Positions 1-6,045 of a stretch of DNA of 15,025 nt are shown in pieces. The number at the start of each line of letters is the position of its first letter. Position 1 is the stretch's first letter. Both the position numbers and the translations under genes were made by a program. The notes below the pieces were generated by a model that had not been told where the DNA came from, did no database searches, and was given only the letters and a program-made list of their open reading frames with translations. This stretch comes from an uncultured Candidatus Bathyarchaeia archaeon (GTDB lineage Archaea; Thermoproteota; Bathyarchaeia; Bathyarchaeales; Bathycorpusculaceae): NCBI GenBank assembly GCA_964450845.1, contig CAYVGZ010000039.1, positions 1 to 15,025 on the forward strand, in the 5' to 3' direction.

Positions 1-49
1 AGCAGAAGAAGGTGTTGGCAAGATAACGATATAAATAATATTGGCAAGG

Positions 50-145
50 TATTTAGAGCCCCAGCGTTACCGATATATCGGCAAACTGTTACACTTTTAA
101 CTTTCTATACATTTTAATGTGGCATACCGTTTTTTGGGTAACTGC
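50..145 (+). repeat. Diverged ~95-bp intergenic repeat, copy 1 (copy 2 at 8403-8498); candidate small structured RNA
   Basis: tattta(g)agcccc(g)agcgttaccgata...caaactg...attttaa...ttttttgg(g)tRactgc aligns with 8403-8498 at roughly 70% identity by eye. GCGTTACC (64-71) can pair with GGTAAC-T-GC (137-145). Confidence 0.65.
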
Positions 146-226
146 GTTAAACTACGCACTGCACATACTAAATGTTTTTGAGCAACACAAATTGTGAAGA
201 AGACAGAAAAAGTCAAACTGGACCCC

Positions 227-269
227 AACTTAAGGGGATGAAAACTTAGGGGGTTAAGTTCTTGGGGAT
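227..269. repeat. Three short G-rich direct repeats at 16-bp period
   Basis: Cores cttaagggg (229), cttaggggg (245) and cttggggat (261) are exactly 16 nt apart. The first two are preceded by aa. Confidence 0.45.
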
Positions 270-403
270 CTTGTCCACTAAATCTCACCCCCTTTAGCAT
301 AGCCGCTCTCACTAAGGAAAAAGAGCTGTTGCAGGATTGTGTTTGCTAATAGCGAATATTTATCTAAACAATCGAACACTGAAGCAAGTTATTATTGTAT
401 AAG

Positions 404-411
404 TTTATATA
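404..411 (+). promoter_or_regulatory. Archaeal TATA box for the wHTH gene
   Basis: TTTATATA about 50 nt upstream of ATG 461. Confidence 0.5.
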
Positions 412-460
412 ATAGTCTGCCCATATAACACTTAGCAAAATCTAAAAAGATGATAAAAAC

Positions 461-724
461 ATGACAACAAAGGTAATTCACGAACCGCAACTCGACACCA
501 TACTTATGGTTGAAAAAGCTATCAGAGAAGCCGAATCATACCCCACCAAGAAACAGCTTCTGCAAAGCCTTCCAAAACAAATCCAGTATCAAACCTTCAA
601 CCGCATACTCGAATACCTCGAAAGCTCCAACAAAATCGCCATCGATGGACGCAGAATAATATGGGTATTCCCAGACAACCCAAAACTGAAAAAACTACTC
701 GAAACAAGCGTCAAACTTCGATAA
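461..724 (+). CDS. Small winged helix-turn-helix protein (87 aa), putative antitoxin/regulator
   Basis: Three helices (LDTILMVEKAIREA, TKKQLLQSL, YQTFNRILEYLESSN) followed by a beta-wing (KIAIDGRRIIWV). Adjacent to a RelE-like gene. Confidence 0.75.
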   Translation: MTTKVIHEPQLDTILMVEKAIREAESYPTKKQLLQSLPKQIQYQTFNRILEYLESSNKIAIDGRRIIWVFPDNPKLKKLLETSVKLR

Positions 725-734
725 ACTCAAAAGC

Positions 735-1082
735 CTAACCGTAACCAAATCTTTCCTCATACTTCTTATGATCTAAAATCTCCAAAACAACAACAGCAAC
801 ACCCGATTCATCAGCAACAAGCGTATAAATCAAACGAGTCCTGGAATCCAAATTAAACTTGTATAGGTTGTTAACCCCATACTTCTGAATATAATACTTG
901 GGAAACTTGCGTTTCTCAATCCGTTGCCCAGCAAACATATTCCCTTTCAACACATCCAATCCCGAATTAACAATCTTCAAGAGATAACTACCTTCCTTCA
1001 AAGAATTAATGAAAACCGCAGCTTCCCTACTCGCCTTAACGCAGGAAGGCTTCCTCGACATGACCGCACTCTCACTCTTCAA
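735..1082 (-). CDS. RelE/ParE-superfamily-like protein (putative toxin); start TTG 1082 or ATG 1061
   Basis: ~110 aa, basic, with RelE-like C-terminal strands LYKFNLDSRTRLIYTL...VVVLEILDHKKYEERFGY. GGTGA precedes TTG 1082, but the TATA position better fits ATG 1061. Confidence 0.65.
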   Translation of the reverse strand: MKSESAVMSRKPSCVKASREAAVFINSLKEGSYLLKIVNSGLDVLKGNMFAGQRIEKRKFPKYYIQKYGVNNLYKFNLDSRTRLIYTLVADESGVAVVVLEILDHKKYEERFGYG

Positions 1083-1093
1083 AGTTTTTCACC

Positions 1094-1107
1094 TTATAAG
1101 CTTATAA
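1094..1107. promoter_or_regulatory. Perfect 14-bp palindrome TTATAAGCTTATAA (double TATA-like site) upstream of the RelE-like gene
   Basis: The sequence equals its own reverse complement and contains TTATAA twice. Confidence 0.5.
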
Positions 1108-1188
1108 CATATTGCCTTATTTTCTCGCAAACAAAAATCTCGAAAGCACCCGAAAAATCCAAAAGACAGTAAAGAACACCTAAAAAAT

Positions 1189-1250
1189 AAAAAAAGGATT
1201 TGCAGGAGTTTTCGCCATTACTTCCAGCGTACAAGATTCCGCTCCGCCCA
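1189..1250 (-). repeat. Conserved integrase-downstream element, copy A
   Basis: 1196-1219 matches 3879-3902 at 22/24 nt. It shares the terminal ccgccca and the A-run (U-tract on the minus strand). Confidence 0.75.
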
Positions 1251-1289
1251 CCTAAAACACAAACCGAACCCTGACAAGTTTTGTAAAAG

Positions 1290-1370
1290 TCATTCTATTT
1301 CCCTGAACATTTTAGTGCCGTTGTAGTTGCAGACATGTTAGAAGCCGACGGTAATCATTTTCTTGTTTTA
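1290..1370 (-). pseudogene. Decayed C-terminal remnant of a tyrosine recombinase/integrase
   Basis: Minus frame reads *NKKMITVGF*HVCNYNGTKMFREIE*. It is homologous at DNA and protein level to 3970-4050, and TAA and CAT are single changes from GAA (E) and TAT (Y). Confidence 0.55.
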
Positions 1371-1396
1371 GACATCAGAGTTGGTTGTGCTTGTTA

Positions 1397-1480
1397 CTAT
1401 GGCTTGAGTAGTTTTCGCTTGTGTGCTGCCATTGCAGTTGCGAGTGCAATTAATACGAGGAGCATCGATGACCATGACAA
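1397..1480 (-). pseudogene. Orphan C-terminal TM anchor plus basic tail of a PEF-CTERM-type surface protein
   Basis: Reads LSWSSMLLVLIALATAMAAHKRKLLKP* (stop 1397-1399). No credible start or N-terminal domain lies upstream. Confidence 0.5.
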
Positions 1481-1519
1481 ATACAGAATAATTAATAAAC
1501 AATAATCGTTAGATTTCTG

Positions 1520-3868
1520 GTGGGAATATCTATGTACAGGAATCTATTGAAAACGAGGTTCATTATGATCATGCTTGCATTTTTGTTGTTCGCTTCATCA
1601 TCTCTATTTTCAACAGCAAAGGCTGCACCTGCCGAAAATGGCGAGTGGATCGCTTATCCGTTTGTTTACCCCACAGTAGGAAACATATACTCTGCCTGCG
1701 GAGAAGGCTGCATTGGCTGCGCAAAACCACTGTCTGACTCGATCTTATTCTTCGACATAAACAAATCAGCTTGGACTGAACTCGAATTCGATAGCCAACA
1801 GACCATTCGTGACCTGAAAGCCGAAGGACACGTGGTCTTTGCTTATACTGACGAGTTTCTGATAGGCTACAGCGCTTTCACATGTGATTATGACGTGATA
1901 CGATATGATGGTTTGTTACTGGTTCCTACTGGTTATAATCCGAGTTATGGCTGTGGAAGCAATCTGGCTTTCTTTGTTACGAATGAAACAATGTATGTAT
2001 TTGACGCTAAGCTGGGGCGTTGGCAGGAATATGACTACGGTTTGCCTATCGACTACTCAGGTTCGTATTACATAACAAGAGATGATTATGTTTGGGCACT
2101 CATGTACCGTGGAACTTCTGGCGAGAAACAACCAAAAAACGTTGTTTACAGCCTTCACACGCACAGCTTCAACCAGCTTGAAAACGGGTGTACTTTATCA
2201 GATGGATATTTACATCACGGGTTTGCCGGATATTATGCCCACGACGCTGAAAACTACACACTTATAGGTTACAGTGCCTACACAAACGAATTTGACATAG
2301 TTCAAGTGACCGATCAGGGTTACCTCTGTTCGAGTGTTCCGCCATGGGATTTGAAAGCTGACGAGATCACAGTGTATGCACTAAGCTTTAGAAAGGTAAT
2401 AGAAGTAGGCGTGCTTGTACGCGGCGAGTTCTATGGTTATGACACACGCCAAGGTACGTGGTCTCATACAACCGTAGACTTTGACTATGAGAACGGAGAA
2501 AGATACAGTGGAAGCTGGCAGCATGGCGGACAGTTCGCAATTGACTTCTCAATACTGCCGGGCGAAATATACAAATTCATAATTTACTCGGGAATCACAG
2601 GTCAATTCTCGATCGTATCACCTGGTCTGATTTATAATAGCGTTACCAGTTCCACTCTGTGCGGTGGTAAGGTCTTCGTTGTCTATGACATCGATACTGC
2701 ATGGGGATATAGTCTCGTGACAGAACAAGGTTCAATAATTTCCCTTGATAAACCAGACACAGACTTTTATTCTTTCGGGGACGATTTTTGCGCCTTAGGA
2801 AGAGACAGCACAGAATCCAACATAACGACCATGTACATCTACAATAGCGAAAACAACAACTGGACAACTATAGATTTGGCAAAAGTATTGTACAGCATGC
2901 AGTGTTCCAACAGTGAACACGTCTTCGCATACAGCTCATACGAAAGCCCAATTAGAGAAACAGTTTTCTACTCATCGTTTCTGGACAAGTATCTAAAATG
3001 CGAGTTTCCAGTAAATAGCTCTGTTTCCGTGGAAGCTAAATACAATCTTGCATGGGCCCGCTCAAGCAATATGTCATATCTTTTTGACGCCATGAGGGGG
3101 ATGATCTACGCGTTTGATTTCATGTTCACCACAAACGGTTTAGCCAACTTCGCCACTTGCTTTTTTGACGCTAAAACAAAAACTCTATACGGTTACAGCG
3201 TCCTTTCAGGAAAATGGACAAACCTAACGATTTCAGACACACCTTATACATGCGAAGCAAAGGGGTTCATCGGTCTAATCTCCAGCAATATCGACACAAC
3301 ATACTACAGCAGATATTACGCTTTCAATGGCCTCGAAGATAGTTGGGTCGAACTTGTTCCTTCAGGAATATATAAAGGACACAAAATTGGCGAGAAAACT
3401 GCTTTAGTAATCAGGTCAGACATGCTTTATGCCTTTGACCCAAATGGACACGTAGGCACATACAACTATCTGGTAGAGCATGAAGGAAACTTCTATCCCT
3501 TGTCATTATTCACAAACTCAACGATTTCCAACTTCAGTTTTAACCAGTCAACAACAGAGATAAGCTTCAACGTAACGGGACAAGACGGCACAATAGGCTT
3601 CTGCAACATAACACTCCCTAACACTCTGGTTCAAAATCTCTGGCAAGGCAACCCCACAATTCTCGTCGATGGAGAGCAGCCACTACAGATCAGCAGTTGG
3701 ACTGACGGAAATTACACCTACATCTATTTCACCTATGTTCACTCCGAGCACAAAGTAGTTATAGTTCCAGAGCTTTCACATGCCGTCCTTACATCAGCCT
3801 TTCTACTGATAACGCTTTCAGCAGTATTCGTTTGCAGGAAAAACCGTCTTCACAACAATTATGTGTAA
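1520..3868 (+). CDS. Secreted multi-blade beta-propeller-like surface protein with C-terminal module and PEF-CTERM-like anchor (likely start ATG 1532)
   Basis: Signal peptide ending AKA-A. About 14 degenerate ~40-aa repeats (hhhY/FDxxxxxW). C-terminal NSTISNFSFN...VTG.DGT.GFCNITLP...YIYFTY.HS module, then VPEL, TM helix and RKNR. GGTGG lies just upstream of ATG 1532. Confidence 0.85.
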   Translation: MGISMYRNLLKTRFIMIMLAFLLFASSSLFSTAKAAPAENGEWIAYPFVYPTVGNIYSACGEGCIGCAKPLSDSILFFDINKSAWTELEFDSQQTIRDLKAEGHVVFAYTDEFLIGYSAFTCDYDVIRYDGLLLVPTGYNPSYGCGSNLAFFVTNETMYVFDAKLGRWQEYDYGLPIDYSGSYYITRDDYVWALMYRGTSGEKQPKNVVYSLHTHSFNQLENGCTLSDGYLHHGFAGYYAHDAENYTLIGYSAYTNEFDIVQVTDQGYLCSSVPPWDLKADEITVYALSFRKVIEVGVLVRGEFYGYDTRQGTWSHTTVDFDYENGERYSGSWQHGGQFAIDFSILPGEIYKFIIYSGITGQFSIVSPGLIYNSVTSSTLCGGKVFVVYDIDTAWGYSLVTEQGSIISLDKPDTDFYSFGDDFCALGRDSTESNITTMYIYNSENNNWTTIDLAKVLYSMQCSNSEHVFAYSSYESPIRETVFYSSFLDKYLKCEFPVNSSVSVEAKYNLAWARSSNMSYLFDAMRGMIYAFDFMFTTNGLANFATCFFDAKTKTLYGYSVLSGKWTNLTISDTPYTCEAKGFIGLISSNIDTTYYSRYYAFNGLEDSWVELVPSGIYKGHKIGEKTALVIRSDMLYAFDPNGHVGTYNYLVEHEGNFYPLSLFTNSTISNFSFNQSTTEISFNVTGQDGTIGFCNITLPNTLVQNLWQGNPTILVDGEQPLQISSWTDGNYTYIYFTYVHSEHKVVIVPELSHAVLTSAFLLITLSAVFVCRKNRLHNNYV

Positions 3869-3871
3869 GGG

Positions 3872-3930
3872 AAAAAAGGGATTTGCGGGAGATTTCGCCA
3901 TTTTCTGCGAATATAGGGCAACCCCGCCCA
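3872..3930 (-). repeat. Conserved integrase-downstream element, copy B
   Basis: 3878-3927 equals 9850-9899 at 46/50 nt. The minus strand can form hairpins followed by U6. Confidence 0.9.
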
Positions 3931-3969
3931 GTTTTTACTGACTCCGCTTAGTTTTTTATGCAGTTGTCC

Positions 3970-4050
3970 CTATTTTCGTTTTCTGAAGAAGAGCAGGTCG
4001 TCTTTTTGGCAGACGTATTCGAAGCCGGCTTCTATGAGTTGGCAGATTTC
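3970..4050 (-). pseudogene. C-terminal remnant of a tyrosine recombinase/integrase
   Basis: Minus frame reads EICQLIEAGFEYVCQKDDLLFFRKRK*. This matches the C-terminal signature I recall for Bathyarchaeia/Nitrososphaeria tyrosine integrases (LIEAGFEYV...FRKRK). No catalytic domain upstream. Confidence 0.7.
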
Positions 4051-4230
4051 TTGTTCTTCTCCAGCTTCTTCCTAAACATCTCATCCATATCAACCGGCGG
4101 ACATGCACGCCTATTCGCATCCAACACATAAAAAACCACGTCAACCAACTCCTCAGCAACCGCCTCTTCGCTTAACCCCTTCTTCCAAGCACCAGCCGCC
4201 TCACCCAACTCGATAAACGCAAAAAAGAAG
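4032..4230 (-). pseudogene. N-terminally truncated MazG-like nucleotide pyrophosphohydrolase
   Basis: LLF(+1 T)AFIELGEAAGAWKKGLSEEAVAEELVDVVFYVLDA...MDEMFRKKLEKNKK has the ExxE...EExxD acidic motifs. No in-frame start, and the 3' end overlaps the integrase remnant. Confidence 0.75.
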
Positions 4231-4383
4231 CCAGTGATAGAATAGCATGCGCTCTACAGTGCTAAGGCTGAGGAGAGAGGAAAATTATAGCAGAATGCTC
4301 TATCGATTGAATAGTTATCCACAAGTGTTATTAAGACACTGAGTGCAAAAGTCAATCGACGGATCGAAGAAGAGGCGATTTGA

Positions 4384-5559
4384 TTGAAGAGAGTCATGAT
4401 TGTCCTTATTGCTTCAGTTTTTCTGGCGTCATTAATGCTGTGCAGAAACGCGTCGGCGGCACTGCCTCCTCCACAGCTCAAGGCAAAATTCAGCAGTGTC
4501 ACTCCTGATATCGATGGAATCCTACGCAGTGCAGAATGGAATGATACAATAAAGTACGAGATCACCTTGACAAATGGAACTATTGACATTAGTGCTTGGC
4601 TTTACGTTAAACATAATTCGACGCACATTCACTTAGGCCTCTTAGTTTGGTCTTTTGAAAATCTGGATGAAGTATTAATCGCGTTTGACGAGGGAGACGA
4701 TGGGAGCCACGGGAGCGGAAGTCGAGACATCACTTTGACACCTTTGCAGGAGGACTTGAAGATTGTTACGAAAAACCATGAACTTTATGATGGTTACTTC
4801 AATGTGGTATGGTACTCAAAAAGCACTGAGATAGACTTCGACGCTGAGCTTATTCATGAAATAGAACACACCACGGCTTCTTGGGAGATTGAGTACTGGG
4901 AAGGCGTAGGATGGGTAGATGATCACAAAGAGTGCGAATTTTCAATTCCGTTCGTTGGCAATGATGCTGGAACAAGCGATGTGAGCGATTTGTCGTGCAA
5001 TGTGACAGATACAGTAGGCATAAAGCTCCAGCTATACTATCCTCCTTCTCAAAACAACTACTTTCCATCAGGCGACAAAACACAGGTTAGCACATACGCG
5101 GATCTTAGCTTTCCTGCACCTCTTATCGAAAGTTGCGGCTCCTCGGGGGTGGAAAAGAATAGCTTCAACTTGTATGAGGATGTGCGTGCAAATGGAGAGG
5201 GTTTCCTGCCTAACGCAACTTATGACTTCTACGTCGTGAATGACGTTGCAACTTGGATTAATGGTATGCCGATTCCGGCAAGGGTTTCTGGAACTGCAAC
5301 ATCAATCACTTCAGATTCTGACGGAGCTGTTTTGCCCATAACAGTGTGGAGCGATCCATCAACAGTTGGCGCGTATGACATGCTGGTTGACACGAACAAG
5401 AATGGTTTCTATGACGAGGGCGTAGATGCCTTGGACAGTAATGATGTAGAGGTTACGGCGGGCTTTGTGATTCCAGAATTTTCGGCACTCTCGATTTTGT
5501 TGCTGTTTCAGCTGGCAGTGTTTGCAGTACTGATCTTCGCCAAAAAGCACTATCACTAA
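4384..5559 (+). CDS. Secreted DOMON/CBM9-like domain surface protein with PEF-CTERM anchor
   Basis: TTG start after GAGGCG. Signal peptide, TPDIDGILRSAEW and DEVLIAFDEGDDG motifs, acidic C-terminal domain with LVDTNKNGFYDEGVDALD loop, then VIPEF, TM helix and KKH. Confidence 0.85.
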   Translation: MKRVMIVLIASVFLASLMLCRNASAALPPPQLKAKFSSVTPDIDGILRSAEWNDTIKYEITLTNGTIDISAWLYVKHNSTHIHLGLLVWSFENLDEVLIAFDEGDDGSHGSGSRDITLTPLQEDLKIVTKNHELYDGYFNVVWYSKSTEIDFDAELIHEIEHTTASWEIEYWEGVGWVDDHKECEFSIPFVGNDAGTSDVSDLSCNVTDTVGIKLQLYYPPSQNNYFPSGDKTQVSTYADLSFPAPLIESCGSSGVEKNSFNLYEDVRANGEGFLPNATYDFYVVNDVATWINGMPIPARVSGTATSITSDSDGAVLPITVWSDPSTVGAYDMLVDTNKNGFYDEGVDALDSNDVEVTAGFVIPEFSALSILLLFQLAVFAVLIFAKKHYH

Positions 5560-5898
5560 CCCTTCTTTTTCTGCAATTCCTCAATAACTGATTTCCAATT
5601 CAATGGCAACGCAATCATCTTTTATGTTACTGGCGGCAATGGCACCGCTGGTTTTTGCAGGCTCTGTATCCCAACAGCTTTGAATGCAACATACACGGTA
5701 TTTGTCAATGGTGCAGAAGTTCCATCTGACCTTCTATCATGTTCCAACAGCACACACAACTACTTATACTTCAACTATACTCACTCAACACAACAAGTAG
5801 TAATAATCACAGAGCTCCCATCAGCCACCATCCTACCACTATTCATAGCACTTTCCGCAATAGCCATTATCGCAACAAAGAAAAAATCTAAAAGATAA
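5560..5898 (+). pseudogene. Orphan C-terminal surface-protein module plus anchor (no start codon)
   Basis: Frame is open from the preceding TAA: NSSITDFQFNG...VTGGNGTAGFCRLCIP...NSTHNYLYFNYTHSTQQVVIITELPS, TM helix, KKKSKR*. Same module family as the C-terminus of 1520-3868, with PEF degenerated to TEL. Confidence 0.8.
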
Positions 5899-5986
5899 AA
5901 GCCAACTTCCAAACCCAAGTTTTACCCAGTCAAATGTCTTAAGTGCTTCACATCAAGCATTCACAAAACACCAAACTATAAAGAGG

Positions 5987-6013
5987 TAGGCTCCGAGCCT
6001 ATACTCGTAGGCT
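5987..6013. repeat. Overlapping inverted repeats TAGGCTC-C-GAGCCTA-tactcg-TAGGCT between convergent units
   Basis: Perfect 7-bp arms (5987-6001) plus a third TAGGCT box. Lies next to a minus-strand U-tract at about 6018-6022. Confidence 0.5.
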
Positions 6014-6045
6014 AAGCAAAAAGAGACAGTGGCTGGAGAGCCCCG

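Noticed and set aside
70-81. Perfect palindrome CCGATATATCGG
   Set aside because: Not retained in the homologous copy at 8423-8435, so probably incidental.
97-312. 71-aa minus-strand ORF
   Set aside because: No motif or RBS, and it overlaps non-coding repeats.
1697-1720. CxxxCxxC as a radical SAM motif
   Set aside because: It lies in an exported, membrane-anchored repeat protein with no TIM-barrel features. Disulfide or metal binding, or chance, is more likely.
3872-3903. Conserved micropeptide M(A/V)K(S/T/A)PANP(F/L)F in the element (minus strand)
   Set aside because: Stops differ among copies, the B/C differences are non-synonymous in this frame, and there is no RBS. Structural or terminator constraint explains the conservation equally well.
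3872-3930. Element as a tRNA 3'-half att site or c-di-GMP-I riboswitch
   Set aside because: CAAATCCC resembles a T-arm fragment and GCGGGGTTGCC resembles a riboswitch 3' end. However, there is no GGTTC T-arm 5' side, acceptor stem or CCA, and the upstream riboswitch core is absent in all copies.
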